DNA from: Eledone cirrhosa
Taxonomy: Eukaryota
Length of the DNA: 64,000 nt
Assembly: GCA_964016885.1 (NCBI GenBank)
Contig: OZ024743.1
Location: forward strand, 53,382,001 to 53,446,000
Direction: 5' to 3'
Below the pieces are notes generated by a model. It worked only from the letters and a program-made list of their open reading frames with translations, searched no databases and had not been told where the DNA came from. Of this stretch, positions 12,220 through 27,018 are shown piece by piece. Both the position numbers and the translations under genes were made by a program. Position 1 is the stretch's first letter. Each line of letters starts with the position of its first letter.

Positions 12220-14540
12220 TTTACATCAGGATGAAAGTATTTTATCTGTGACATATCAACATACCAAAATATTATTGAACATTGCACTAACACGTGTACC
12301 ATTATCGTAATTGTTAGACACAATATGTGACAAGGCCCATTAAATTACAAGTACAATCCATCTAACGGGCTTTCACATAGTTTTCGTCTAGCTAATTTCA
12401 CTCACAAAGCCTGGGTCAATTCAAGTCTATGGTGATTGACACTTCCTAGGATCGAACCCGGTTCCTAATGTATATGTACCTTCCAGTCTCAAATAAATAG
12501 GGGGGTGGGTGGACAAGTGGGGGGAGGGATAAACGGGAGAGTTGGAATTAGCGGGGAAGTTGAAAAATCTGTAAATTCTTTAAGTTGTCACCCTTGATTA
12601 AAAAAAAACCCCAGAATTAGTCGTTTAGTTTACATATTGAGACCCCAACCCATCCTATTTATTTTATAATGTATGGTATTTCTAGTAATGTACTTCTTTT
12701 GTTATGTATAATGTTTTTTTAATGTATAAAGAAAATTAATTATTGCAGGAATGCTACCACAAAAAATAAAATTTCGCCGGAGATAGATTAGTAAAATTTA
12801 ATAAGCAGGGGTGGGGTGGAATAAAAGTGTGTGTGTGGTGGTGGTGGTGGGTGGTTCTGGAAAAGTAATAAGCGGCGGTGGGGGACAATTATGCGAGACC
12901 CAAGAGTATATGCATGTGTATTTCCATTATATGAATTATTTACAATGAAGAGTTTAACATTCAGTAAATCTCTTGATATCTCTTGATATCTCTTGATATC
13001 AGAGTGATGAAGAAATATCACGTCGATCTCGCCCTTCGTGGAGGCCGTATGTAGGTCATTGATACAGTCCTTTCCTTCAGACCTTAACAAAATATGTATA
13101 TTAAAAGAACACAACAAAAAACAAACAAAAGAACGCTCAACGAAACAAAATCCCATAAATTTATAAACCAAATCACGGGAGAGGACTGTGTAATGTAATT
13201 GTCTCCCTTTAGTTTAGAATTGAAAAATATATTTCACATATTCTTGGTTCTCGAATAATAACCCCCCCCCCCCCTCTTATTCATTTATTTTTTATTTTTC
13301 CACTACCCTCGCAATTATTCCAACCCCACCGCTTATTAGGTGTTTTGCTAATCTATCTCCGGCCTGGTAGTCTTCCTGCGACAATTAATTTTCTTTAGAC
13401 ATTAAAAAGCATACATGAAAAAAAAACGTTCATTACTGAAGAAATACTATACGTTATAAAATAAAAAGGATGTAAACTAAACGACTAATTCTGGTTTTTA
13501 ACGAAGGAGACAACCTAGAAAAATTACCGCCCCCACCCACCTTATTCCAATTCCTCTGCTTATTCCAACCCCTCTGCTTAATCCACCCCCACTATTATTT
13601 GTGACCCGAGAGTATATATTTCCTCACTGTGGCGACAGAGTCCCACGGTGGTTGTTTCGGTACAGTGCGCTTGAGTTCAAATCACGCCGCGGCCAACTTT
13701 ACTTTTCATTCTTTTGTGGTCGATAAATAAAGTAGTGATTTAGTATTATGGCTGGTTCTCCCTCTTTCCTTGAAGGTAATCGGTTATTCTCCAATATGAA
13801 AAGGGGTCGGTTCCACCCGGATTAAAATACCAAAGACACCCGCCTACAACTCCATCGCTAGTTAACAGCCCTTTTATGTTTATTTTTCTTTTCTTATTGA
13901 TTTTAATTGTCACATTGCTGAATTGTTAGGTCACTCTACCACAAACACACACACACACACACATACACACACACACACGGATGCACACACACACACACAC
14001 ATACACACACGCACACACACACACGGACGCACACACACACACACATACACACGCACACATACACGCACGCACACACACACACACACGCACGCACGCACAC
14101 AACGAATGTAACAATTATATTCTCCCTCTTTCTCTCTCTGTTTCCCTTTCTCCCTCCCTTTCTCTTTCGTCCAAGTCTTGTACCTCTTGACTGTATCTTG
14201 CCGAGGTTAACTTTGCCTTTCATCCTTATGGGGTCGATAAAATAAAGTACCAGTAATACACTGGGTATTTTGCTGGCCTTGTGCCAAAAGTAGAGACAAT
14301 TATATTATCGCGGTGGATTGGCAATATCGGTAGAGAGTCGGACGCCATGCTTTCCAGTATAGTTATGTCCCTTTACGGTCTGAGTTCAAATCCCGCCGAG
14401 GTTAACTTTGCCTTTCATCCTTACGGGGTCGATAAAATAAAGTACCAGTAATGTACTGGGTTATTGCTGGCCTTGTGCCAATAGCAGAAACAATTATATT
14501 ATCACTCGTGAAGCACACAGTTCCTTCTTCTTTTGTTAAG

Positions 14541-14588
<48 letters not shown>

Positions 14589-14767
14589 GGTGTTGGATAA
14601 TCTGCTTCGTAGAATCAAGACGCATCTGAGGACCTTGCGATTTTCTGAGTGAGGTTCGATCATCACATCGATCGTGCCTCAAGCTGGTCGCCAGAGAAAC
14701 GATTGTAATATGTCCAATAAATTCCATTCGTCGCAACTCTCATTCTCTTTTTTCTGTGATATATACA

Positions 14768-14807
<40 letters not shown>

Positions 14808-17164
14808 GTGTGCGTGTGTGTGTTTATGTTGTTGTGAAGTAGTTGCAGACGAGTTCGGTCTACACCTGCTATCTTGTCGGCATATCGCAAGTCGGTTTCC
14901 TAGACACGCCACACTGAACTACATAATCAGAAGGAGCCTCAACGGGGCCGACTTCCCGTCACATTGGATCCAGTTGGCCTTGATTCTGGTAGTGGTAAAC
15001 ACCCATACAGGATAACTCTTTTCCCATCGAGGGAGGTAAATCCCTAATCTGTGACGCCACGTGCTGCAACATGTTCTCCACCCGCCACCCCCACCCTCAA
15101 CCTTGTCGTTTCGGCCACATGCAATGCAAAGAAGAGGAAAATAACCAAATATCGGGGCTTGACCAGCCATTTTTGTTTCGCGACGTTTACCGCCGAGACC
15201 TCAGGTGTCTTCGGTCCCTGAGCTGCCCTTTTCCTCCCTAAAATTAGTAAGACAGCGTTTCATCTGAGGAATGAGTCCCATGCGGTGGGGTGGCTGTCGT
15301 AGCGTGTATTTTGGTCATTTTCCGTGGAAATGCTTTCGTTATTTTGTTCGTGGTGCGTAGCTAAACACACCACTGAGACTGGGGTGTAGGGTCTGTCGGT
15401 CCTTCTTCCTTTCCCTTTCTTGCGTTGAATAATTTAATTTTTCTTTTTCGTTTCTGTGGGGATAGTGTGGTGGTGTGGAGGAGGTGACCAGAATCTGGGG
15501 GCGATCGACCGGAGGCGGATGAGGAAGTGACGCGAGATGCGTACCCTGTGTGCCCTTTTTCGGGACTGTGACCCTTGACGAACGGACGTGTGACCGGGAG
15601 CTGCAACCAACGAACGGATATACCCACGTGAATGAGGCGAGTTCGCTGAGTGAACTAACAGAATTGCGGTAAGTGCAGTAGCTTTCACATTACAGTTTCT
15701 ACATTTCCATTTCTGTGAAGGCACGTGGCTTTGTGGTTAGGATATTCGGCTTACAACCGTTAGTTCTATCCCCGGCAGCGCGTTGTGTCCTTGAGCAAGA
15801 CACTTTATTTTACGTTGCTACAGTCCATTCAACTGGCAAAAATGAGTTGTACCTGTAAAGCGAAGGGCCAGCCTTATGACACTCTGTGTCACGCTGAATC
15901 TCCTTGGGAACTACGTTAAGGGTACGCGTGTCTGTGGAATGCTCAGCCACTTGCACGTTAATTTTACAATCAGGCTGTTCCGTTGATCGGATCAACTGGA
16001 ACATTCGTCGTCGTAACCGACGGAGTGTCACTTTCAGTTATTTTCATTTGTATACTCTATTACATACGGGAGACAACTCATTAATGTAGCTCTGCTTTGT
16101 TAAAAGTTGCTTCCCTGTAGCAACTACTTTTGTTACTAGTCATGATCAAGTTGATCTTATTGAAATCAGCTAAGGTCGTGTATAACATTTGGTCATACAT
16201 TTTCCTATTACCCACTCTGAGTACTCTGAGTACTCTGGTGCGTTATGGTCCATCTGGTTCCTTACCACAACCCCTTCGTTATATATTTATATATAACATA
16301 ATTTATCCGTTCAAAATGACCATCTCGTTTCGCTCAGTGGAGCTGTTCATCGTTCTGAGGTGTTACTCATAAACATATGTATGTATGTGTGACTGTGAGT
16401 GTGTGCGTGAAAATTTGCGCGTATATACTTAGGCTTATGTTTCTGCCTATGTCTGTGTTTATGTCTCGTAACATAGCCGTTCATCAAAAAAGATCGGCAT
16501 AGAAAAGTATCTTCTTTGATACATTGGATATCAAAAAAACTATATATACTATAGTGGTTAAAATGACTCAGGTAAGAATCGCCAGACACATTTTACGGCC
16601 AAAATCCGCTGGCAGGAGACCCAGGGGTAAACCCCGAGCAAGATGGCTGGATAACATTCATGAGATTGGCTGGTCTTGTCTGGAGATTAGATCGTTGCTT
16701 CTGACAGGACCCGCTGGAAGGAGTGTTTGAGGACTCTGTCCTCAACAACCCTTCCAGGAATAAGGGGGCGAAGAAGAAGAAGAAGAAGAAGAAGAAGAAG
16801 AAGAAGAAGAAGAAGAAGAAGAAGAAGAAGAAGAAGAAGAAGAAGAAGAAGAAGAAGAAGAAGATGATGATGATGATGATGATGATGAAGAAGAAGAAGG
16901 GTGAGGAGGAAAACGACGACGGCAACGACAACAACAATAACAACAACTACAGTGATAACTTACTAGAATCGCAGCAACTCGTACAGTGCCATCAACGTTG
17001 TCAACAACAGCAATAACACCGACTGTCACTATCACCTCGCCCTCCTTGATGGCATTAACAGCTACGAGACAACAGTGTTAGTCTTCAGTCACAATAGACC
17101 AACTTCTTTCTCGCATATAAAGAAAGCTTTATTTTCACGAAGGGGAATATGAGATGCTTACGTT

Positions 17165-17245
<81 letters not shown>

Positions 17246-17249
<4 letters not shown>

Positions 17250-17480
17250 AAGGGAGGGACAGGCTCTACACCCCAGTCTATGTGGTGATTCGGCCATGTC
17301 TCGCAGACAATGGCAAAGATATTGCCACGGAGAATGGTCAGTGAAACACGCTGCTGCAACAGCCACCTCGCCTCACAGCTCTCCCTCCTCAGGCGGCCTA
17401 CACTCTTTTCGGTTTTGCGAAGGAAATCCGTACGGCGGGGATGAAGGACACCAGAGATCTCCTTAGTGACGGTGGCTGTG
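17246..17480 (-). mobile_element. CRE-clade 3' end abutting (TC)n
   Basis: Minus-strand QQRVSLTILRGNIFAI is homologous to 5200-5330 and 49420-49500. Confidence 0.7.
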
Positions 17481-17574
17481 AGAAAAAATACAGCGAGTGA
17501 AATTGCTCCTACACAAAAATAACTACAACAGCAATAGCAACAACAACGACAGCATAATAGTAATAATAATGAAT

Positions 17575-17735
17575 TCTATTATAGGCACAAGGCCAGCAAT
17601 TTGGGGGGAGGGGAAAGTCAATTAAATTGACTCCAGTGCGTGACTAGTACTTTATTTTATCGTCCTCATAACGTAAAGGTCCGTAACTCTATGCTGAAAA
17701 GCATGTTGTCCGACGCCCTACCGATACTGCCAATC
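17575..17735 (-). mobile_element. SINE family 2, internally deleted
   Basis: ggcacaaggccagcaat, tactttattttatcg and ccgatactgccaatcc are reverse-strand SINE motifs. Confidence 0.7.
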
Positions 17736-17839
17736 CAATTAAATTAAATTAAAATTAAGTAAAAAATGATATGAAAAATAAAAATAAAAGTAAAACGCCT
17801 CCTTGGTGTCTGTAATTTTTCAATCGATACCAGATGGGA

Positions 17840-18940
17840 GTCACGTCTTGTTTTTGATGGAGCCGACTTCAGTTAGGGCAAGAAGATGGCTGGAGGATGG
17901 AAACGCCACTATTCAGGTATGGCACAAGAAATGACTGTACAGATGAGAGTGGGGATACTCATAAGTCTCCAGCTGTCGGAATGTGATATAGAATGGATCT
18001 CCTGGGGGGGGGGGGAGATAATATGCCTTTTGAAGCTGAGGCTGAAAGAAAAGTCTCTGTGGGTAGTGCAAGTTTATGCGCCAAACAGAGTGTCTGAATA
18101 CAGATCCTTCCTTGATGAAGTCACTACAATGTTAGATGTAGGTAAGACTGAGTCATGTATCCTGATGGAAGACATCAATGCAAATGTTGGCACTGACCAC
18201 TTAACATGGAAAGGAGTGATTGGAAGGAACGGCGATTCCGATCTAAATACGAATGAAGAGGCCTTATTAAACGTAAGTTCTAGTAATGCACTCTCTATTA
18301 TGAATATTCGTAAATACATATTGTATAAGGGAAATCAATAATTGATTTTGTTATTGTCTCTGATTTCTTCGATTCTCTGCTGGATGTTCGTGTTAAGAGA
18401 AGGGCTGAGCTGTCAACTGATCACCATCAAGAGGTCACAGATGCTACCCGAACAAAGAAAGAGGCATACAAATCTTGGCTTGGAAATGAGTTCCCTTGCA
18501 CTTGCGCTGCAATCAGGCACGAAAAACCGCTGCAGTAAAGGCGACCAAAGTTAAGACGAGGGAACTTTGGGTTTAAGCTGGAATCCGATTTTAGATCAGC
18601 AAATGAAGTATTCTGGCAGGCCATTCACCGACTTTGTCCATGCCTGCTGTCAGAAACGTGTCTGGGTTTCTTCTCTCTTCAGTGAGGCGTATCTTCTCGA
18701 GGTGAAGAGAATACTTTTCTGATCTCTAAAATCCGGGTACAACAATATTTTCTGATGTACATGAGGTGCATCTGAGTGTGATGACTAAACTCTCGGAGGC
18801 TGAGGTCACTAGAACAATTAAAGAGCTCAAACGTTGAAAGTCTTAAATAGAGAAAGTATTCTCTAACTGATTCGTGTGTACCAAGTGGCCTGGATCTCTG
18901 GAAAGGCACCTAAGCAATGACAATCGGGATTGATGATCCC
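17840..18940 (+). pseudogene. RTE-clade LINE AP-endonuclease region, degenerate
   Basis: ORF 17886-18341 (VVQVYAPN..SEY..FL..CILMEDINANVG..WKGVIGRNGDSDLN), followed by frameshifted fragments. Confidence 0.8.
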
Positions 18941-18959
18941 TTCTTTTTCTTCTTTCAGG

Positions 18960-19170
18960 CAAGACCGGCCAAACTCATGAATGTTATGCAACTAGCTTCT
19001 CGGTGTCTACCCTTGGGTCTCCTGTCAAACTGTTTTTTTTCCGTAAAATCTGTCCAGCGATTCTTTCCTGAGATATTCTAATCACATGCATATATTATCG
19101 GAGCTGTGATCTCTCAATTCGGAGAAGTAGCGGCTCCACTTGGAATCACTCTCTGATCTCCGATCTCCTT
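18960..19170 (-). mobile_element. RTE-clade LINE 3' fragment
   Basis: Minus-strand QVEPLLLRIERSQLR, the same family as 27172-27500 and 37028-37345. Confidence 0.75.
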
Positions 19171-19256
19171 TATAGCTTTATAGTTGAGTGAAACATATGT
19201 AAATCAATTGAATAATATATTAATGTATTGAACCTTGGTGATTTTTCATTTAGATG

Positions 19257-19732
<476 letters not shown>

Positions 19733-20136
19733 CAGTCACCTCGTAATCGAGTATGGCTATTAAATGACATTAGCTTGAGTCATGTGGGTGTTGCGAACGA
19801 ACCCAACCATTAAGGGTGATACAGTGTGAGACATACATAACAATTCATAACTAGAATTGAATGAACAACAGATTGGGTATACAAATGTATAACATTAGTC
19901 GCCAGAAGCTGAGAAAGTCAGAACTTACAAGGCATTCAAAGATACATCATCATGGTCCAGATCAGACTGAAGTGTCGAATGTATTTTATGCAATATCATT
20001 TAAATAAGTCGCTAGCAGGCTTTAAAAGCCACCTCTGAACTCACAACCACTAATAGAGACATTGTTTGTCAGTGATGATAGTCTTACTCGTTTGACGGCC
20101 ATTGTGTATGTACGTATATATGAACGTACAAACATG

Positions 20137-20229
<93 letters not shown>

Positions 20230-20399
20230 GGGCGCATGTGTGTGTCTGTAGGTATGTGTGTCTGTATACATACACATATACAGAGAGGAAAGAAATAGAA
20301 CGGGTAAACTGACTGATATTACCCGAGATAGGTAAATAGACAGATAGACAGTCAGACAGACAGTAAGATTGATAGACAGACAGATAGATAGGTAGATAT

Positions 20400-20700
20400 C
20401 TTTCTTTATTTGCCACAGTGGTGCACAAAAATGGGACATTACAAGACGTGACGGCGGGGGTTTTACAGAAAATATTTAACAATGATAAATAACAATAAAC
20501 TATATAAAAATAACGCTACTGCGGAGTTGTTTTACACCCCGTGGATAGAACAACCCTCAACACCAGGAACACGTTTTGTAGGTGTTCCCGTCTTCCCTGT
20601 TTATCTTCCTCAACCTACAGGTTTATATACAGAGAAGACCCATTCACTCAGGCCATTTTCACCACATTCACCAACCTTTCAGCAAATTTACTGGGGTGGA
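20400..20700 (-). mobile_element. Tx1/L1-like LINE 3' end (a shorter 3' tip at ~20770-20860)
   Basis: The reverse complement of 20625-20680 (gaaaggttggtgaatgtggtgaaaatggcctgagtgaatgggtcttctctgtata) aligns by eye to 25339-25393. Embedded in (GATA)n. Confidence 0.75.
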
Positions 20701-21388
20701 GATAGATAGATATACAGACAGAGAGATAGATAGTTAGATAGATAGTTAGATAGATAGTTAGATAAATTTCTATTTATTTGCCACGAGGGCACAAAAGAAG
20801 GGGACATTTACACAGTGGGGGAGTTTACATAAATCGAGTAAAGAAAAAGGAATAACAGTTAGATAGATAGTTAGATAGATGTCTGTATACATACATATAT
20901 ACAGAGAGGAAGATAGAGAGAGACAGATAGATTGATAGATAGACAGGCATTTATATATACATATGTATAATTCAAATTTATAGATATATGTATGTATATA
21001 AAGAGAGAAAGAACCACATATCTTATGAGAACACAGTATTGTGTACACGCACAAAAGACACATATATCGAGGAAGAATACGTACTTCAGATGAAAAAAGT
21101 TCTTATTCCTTATGGCCATTTCATGATTCGAGGAAAACGACAACTTAAAAACGACAACTCAACAAGAAGAAAACCCTGCTACCAACACCAGCTCCACCAC
21201 CACCACAACAGATAAACAAACAACAAAACTCAGTCCCACCCAACCCGTCCCTCAGTCAAACTACACCACCACCACAGCACAAACAGACACAACACATTAC
21301 CCAAAAACAAAACACAGTCCCACCCAACCCCTCACTCAATAAAACAACACAACCACCGCAGCCACAACACACAACACAGTCTAACATA

Positions 21389-22054
21389 GTGACATCCATC
21401 TCCCCCACAAAGAAAACTAACACGGAAACACTACCAACAAACATACCTCTTCCCTCCAACACTGAAGATGACCCAACGAATTCGGAGGAAGAAACGGAGT
21501 CCTTCAGACAGATTAAAAGGAAAAAAAAAAAACATGTGCAAAACACACAAGGCCAAACAGCCCCTACCCAAATGTCAACACAATCCAACAAAACACAAAA
21601 CACCCCTCCAGCAACAAACAAAACCAAACTTTCCCCTCCCCTCTTCGAAACACTCACACCATCCGAAAAAAAGACATTACACTATACTTACATCAACAGA
21701 AATAATAATAAATTAAATGAACTTATAAACAATAACCCTTCGGTACAAACCGAAGGGGTAAACTTTGTTTTTTCAGAAAACTACCCACAATTAAAATTAA
21801 TAAAGGTCCCAAGGAACCTCTACCAAAAACTAAAAAAGGATTTTAAGGAGGACATAGGACCACCCTCTGTCAAACCCATAAACCGCGTCCTCCTAAAAAG
21901 CTTTCCCCCTCCCCTTCCCCTCCCCAACACAACTTCAAACACCCCAACCCCACCACACACTGACGACCCCACACCACCACAAGACACCCCTTCACCCAAC
22001 ACCCCCGACCCCATGGAAGTCGTACGACCCGAACCCCGGGAAGCAGAAAGGTAG
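21389..22054 (+). CDS. Putative LINE ORF1 C-terminal part (Thr/Pro-rich)
   Basis: A 221-aa open frame that ends 33 nt before the ORF2 ATG. No recognisable domain. Confidence 0.5.
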   Translation: MTSISPTKKTNTETLPTNIPLPSNTEDDPTNSEEETESFRQIKRKKKKHVQNTQGQTAPTQMSTQSNKTQNTPPATNKTKLSPPLFETLTPSEKKTLHYTYINRNNNKLNELINNNPSVQTEGVNFVFSENYPQLKLIKVPRNLYQKLKKDFKEDIGPPSVKPINRVLLKSFPPPLPLPNTTSNTPTPPHTDDPTPPQDTPSPNTPDPMEVVRPEPREAER

Positions 22055-22087
22055 GACTCTACACTCTTCTTTGGCTTTACCGCCCAC

Positions 22088-25000
22088 ATGGATGTGTTAA
22101 GAGTAGGATGTTTGAATGCACGTGGCCTGGGCTCAACTTGGAAGCAAGCAAAGCTTCTAAATGACCTCAGGTCACGTGGTATAAATGTAATGGTTATCTG
22201 TGAGACTCGGATCAGCGTCGTGCGGCAGCTGGCCCCTACCTTCGATGACTTTGAGGTGCACGCATCTCTCTGTCAACCTGGAAGTGGGGTTGTCGTACTG
22301 CTGGAAAAACACCTGGGTCTCGCCGTACAGGTTGTTCACTCGGACCCGGAAGGTCGTTTGTTGGTGCTAGACGTTGGCAGTAGTGGAGGTGCGGCCTTGA
22401 GACTGGTCGCCGTCTACTCCCCTTTCGGAGCTGAACGACCCGACTTCTTCCAGCGTCTGGAGACTTTTCTGGGAACGTCGCGTTCCCTGCTTCTAGCGGG
22501 GGACTGGAATGACATCCTAGATGCACGTTGGGACTATGCAGGAGCATGTCCTAATAGAGGGGGGTGTAACAGCCTCAAGGGGTTACTCGACCGTTTTAAC
22601 TTGGTCGATAGATATCGACTAGATTTTCCAACTGTACCAACCTGGACTTGGACGAACCACAGTGGTCAATCTAGATCGTACTTAGATAGATTCTTAGTTA
22701 GAAGTAAGGATAGGGACATATTAAGCTGTCCACAAATGCTCACGGTTGGCTATACAGATCACAAATTAGTGACCTGCGTAGTCAACCTCGAGAGAACACA
22801 TAGACAGGGTCCCGGTTACTGGAAACTTAATTTGTCTTTACCGGCAAAAGAGGCTTACAGAGACCGGATTAGCAGATTAGTTAAGGAGAGGTTGACGGGT
22901 GCAATCGTCAACAACCGATGGTGGGCATCTCTCAAAAGAGAGATTAGAACAGAATCAATAAGTTATAGCAAGATGTTAACTGCCGATAGGAATAGGAACG
23001 AGAAAGAATTAACAGGTAAATTAGAAGAAGCAATCAAGAGCGAAGATGTGGCCAGAGTGCTGGCATCGAGGACGGCCTTGAGCCAGTTTTTCGATGCAAA
23101 GCACGAAGGCTGCGTCATTCGAAGTAAAATACGTGCTCTAGGTAATGAAGGGGCCAAAGCCGTTGGCTGGGCCCGCGTGACAGAAGCTAAGAGTGGAAAT
23201 CGATCCACCATCTGGTCTTTGCAAGACGAGGATGGACGGGTGATCCGGGAGTCTAAGCAGATGTGCGAGGCCTTTCAAAGGCACTTTGCCCGATTGTTCG
23301 GGGGAGGCGGGGGTCCGGGCGAGGACGTGGATTTTAGTCCATACCTCGACGGCTTGCCGCGTCTCTCGAGCAAAGAGGCAGAGTCGGTCTTCTTCTCCGA
23401 ACTCCTCGAAGCATTCTACTGCAATTGGCAGCAGAACGGGAGGATTCCTTGTTCTCTAGCCAAGGGCGTAGTCTCGCTGGTGAGGAAGGACGAGAACAAG
23501 GGGGATAGTATAAATAATTTTCGGCCCATAACCCTGCTAAACACAGAGTTAAAGATGTTGGCCAAGGTGTTAGCAAAGAGGTTGGCGCTTGTCGTGGGTA
23601 GCCTGGTGGGAGATGCGCAGACATGTGCTATCCCATCCAGGTCCATTCACGACAACCTCCACCTCATGCGATACATCAAAGAGAGGGTTGACAACAAACC
23701 CGGCTTCAGTGGGGCCCTGATCAACTTGGATCAGTCTAAGGCGTTCGATAGGGTCGACCATGGTTACCTGGATGCGGTGCTAGCGGCGGCTGGGTTCGGT
23801 CCTGTTTTCAGAGGCTGGATCACTGCCTTACATAGCAACCACATCTGCTCTAGGATCAAGGTGAACGGCTACCTTTCGAAGCCGTTCGAAATCACACGAT
23901 CAATTCGACAGGGGTGCCCTCTCTCCTCCCTTCTGTACGTATTGACTCTCGAGCCTTTACTGAGGAAGTTGGAGTTGTTGCAGGGTATCCACCTGGAACC
24001 AGGATTGAGCAAAGCGGTGTCGGCCTACGCCGATGACGTAACAGTAATGGTATCGACCGACTCGGAGATCGAGGCGACCGCTACCTTACTGGAGGAATAC
24101 GAAAGGTTGTCAGGAGCGAAACTGAACCGGGAAAAATCCATCGGGCTGCAACTCGGAACGTGGAGAGGCAGACCGATGCCTCCCGACGGTGTCGTCGGAC
24201 ACTGGACGGAGGGCCCGGTGAAGTTGCTTGGGGTCTGGTTTGGACCGGACCTCCAGGTGGAAAAGAACTGGGGCGAGGTTACGAGCAGGGTGTTTGCACT
24301 GACCCAGAAATGGGCCAAGTGTAAGTTGTCCCTGAAAGGTCGGGCGGAGGTGGTGAACATTTACATAGCGTCCGTCACCTACTACCGCCTGACTGTCGTG
24401 CCTTGCCCTAAGGAAACACTCACCACCATGGAACGCATGCTCTTTCAATTTCTTTGGAAGAAACGCCCTCCTATGGTGAGAAGATCCATCTGCTGCCAAC
24501 AACCTTCGAAAGGAGGGCTGGGGATGCCGTGGTTGATGATGCGTAGGCACGCCTTAAGGCTACGGCACCTACAGGTATTCCTCACTGGTCAACCGGTGTG
24601 GGCTCCATTCATGAGACGAGCCTTTCCGAGACTCGTCTCGCTCACCGAGCTGCAGTCCTGGGTCAAGCAAAGATCCGGAAAACTGGGCGACTGGCACACT
24701 GAGTGTGCCCAGGCGCTCAGGGCTCCCTGGCAAGCGGACCCGGCCATCGGTGGAGAATCCACCTCATCATTCTATAGAGGGCTGGTGGCTAGCAGGGGCG
24801 ATGACACCCTTGGAGAGTCGCTGGACATGGAAAAGGACGAACTGGCCAGCCTGGTCGGTAGGACTTTCGGCCCGGGACCAATGGACAACTTCCAGAAGTC
24901 ACTGGCCTGGCAGTGCTACCGGGGGGCTCTACCCGTTCAAGAAAAGCTCTACAGACACGGGCGCCCTGGCAGGGATCCCTCGAAAAAGATTTGCCCTAGA

Positions 25001-25424
25001 TGCGTGCGTCACGAAGAAACCGTTGCGCACGCATTGGTGCAATGTCCGGGCGTGGCTGATCTGTGGGGCTACGCCGAACGACTGCTGTCGCGGGTGGCGC
25101 CGATTCGATTGACCGCCGAGTCGATTGACCGCCGAGTCCGTGGTAACAATCAAGCCGCCTCCCCTCTTCACAAAGAAAGCAAAGGCGGTTTTTCTATGCG
25201 TAATAGCCATGTTGAAAGATGTTGTTTGGTGGACACGATTGAAAGGTTTGAGGTCAGGCAACTTCCTCTCTGGCCATAGTCTGGTCTACTTCTTCCGATA
25301 TCACTTCGGAAGAAGGATAAGAATGGAGAGAGAGGTGCTTGGCCACAGGCAGTTTTATGAAAGGTGGGTGACAGTGGCGAGAATGGCTCGTGTAAATGGG
25401 CCTTCTCTGTATACCATCCTGTAG
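22088..25424 (+). pseudogene. Tx1/L1 ORF2 (AP endonuclease, reverse transcriptase, zinc knuckle), disabled
   Basis: APE motifs LNARGL, GDWN, SYLDR, TDH; RT motifs FRPITLLN, DQSKAFDRV, RQGCPLS, YADD; CPRC..EETVAHALVQC. A 16-bp duplication (25105-25136) shifts the frame into ORF 25125-25424, and the KxPGxDG segment is missing near 23385. Confidence 0.92.
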
Positions 25425-25643
25425 GTAAAGAAGTGAAGGAGAGGGGAGCACCTTCCCCATGTTCTCCCCGGGCAAAGGATTGCACACTTTTTCGGGGGGG
25501 TGTGCAACCCCCATCACGTCCCCTCCCTTTTGAGGTTGATTTTGATTATTTTCATTTTATACCCTTTTTACTCGGTTTTATGTAAACTCCCCCTTTGTAT
25601 TTGTCCCTTCTTTTTATACCTTTATGGTAAATAAAGAAATATA

Positions 25644-25741
<98 letters not shown>

Positions 25742-26284
25742 CGACAGATAGAGGGAGGGGTGGAGGTAGAGGTGGAGAGAAGGGTGTAGATGCTAGAGAG
25801 AGAAAGAGTGAAGGGGTGGCGAGCGGCGTGTATATCATCAATACAGAGTAAACAAATGTTGATAGCTTTAATTGCATCGTTGAATCTTCGTGCCTTAAAA
25901 ATAAACGCGGAAGGATTGGGTGTACTGGTAGACACTAAAATCCGAGGGGGATAATCTCACAGATCAGTATAATAAACGAATGGATTAGCGGATTAGAGAG
26001 CTTTAAATCCGGTATCACTAGGTACAATGCAATGAAAAAAATCATAATGAGGATAAATACGGGTGTGGGTGAAATAGTTTGTCGACTTTCTGACAAAGAG
26101 CGAGGTGGTGGCTGGTTAGTTATATGGCTGACTGGTTGGTTGGTTGGTGTTGGTTGACATGAAGGGGGGTTACGTGATAAACAACTTGGTTAGATAGGCA
26201 CTTAACCTTTATTTAATGGGGAAGTGGAGTGAGAGACCCCTAGTCTTCATTAAGACATCCCTCTAGAAGATCATTCTGATGTAA

Positions 26285-26960
26285 AACTTACGACTTCGTT
26301 TGCATCCAATAATGTAGATAAGTTCTACTTATTTGGTTAATGCATTCGATGTTCAGAGAGTTCATTTTCCTTCGATGGAGATGATGGGTTGTCCTGGCAT
26401 GTGTTGGGTGGATCCGATTAAGGAACGCCCATTGCTCTTTGGGAAAGTGATAGCCGACTGCCTACATGTGGGGTCCTGGACGAGGTCTTGGTTGGCAAAT
26501 TTGGACACATTTCATGATCTTCGCCATTCTTCTTTCAGATCAAAGCTATTGGTCTTCATTGATTCCCAGAATGATTTGCGTGATTTCAAGCGCATACTGG
26601 GAAGGTCTTCTAGCTCTTCATGTATGGGAATGTCGGTCTTGGACATGGTAAGAAGTGCTGCTTCGTGGACCATCTCTTGGCGCCTCATGTGAGAAGGAGC
26701 TATGTGAGAAAGAGTAGGCACCTAGAGAGCAGGGGTAGATTTCAATGTGCCAGATACTATTCTCATTGCTTGCCGAGTTGGGGATGGTGTCAATTTGCTT
26801 GGTATGGCAGCTCCCTGCTCAGACCGATGGACAGTACTCTACAACTGAGAATGTAGGTGCTAAGCACGCAATTCGGTGTGTGTGTGCACCAGACCCCCAG
26901 CTGTTTCCTGCTAACTTGGGCTTTCCGGTAACTCCTCTCAATAGTGAATAAATGAATTGG
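26285..26960 (-). mobile_element. I-group (Ingi/Vingi-like) LINE 3' fragment
   Basis: Minus-strand KLAGNSWGSGA..FSVVEYC and PTLSHIAPSHMRR..RLKSRKSFW motifs, with frameshifts. Confidence 0.65.
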
Positions 26961-26987
26961 AATGCTTCTTACTAATATGGATTGAAG

Positions 26988-26988
<1 letters not shown>

Positions 26989-27018
<30 letters not shown>

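Larger units (their letters stand above)
21000..25652 (+). mobile_element. Tx1/L1-clade LINE, near full length (5' boundary uncertain)
   Basis: An ORF1-like region and an APE-RT-Zn ORF2, a T-rich 3' UTR, an A-rich tail at ~25628-25652, then (TA)n(GATA)n. Confidence 0.9.
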
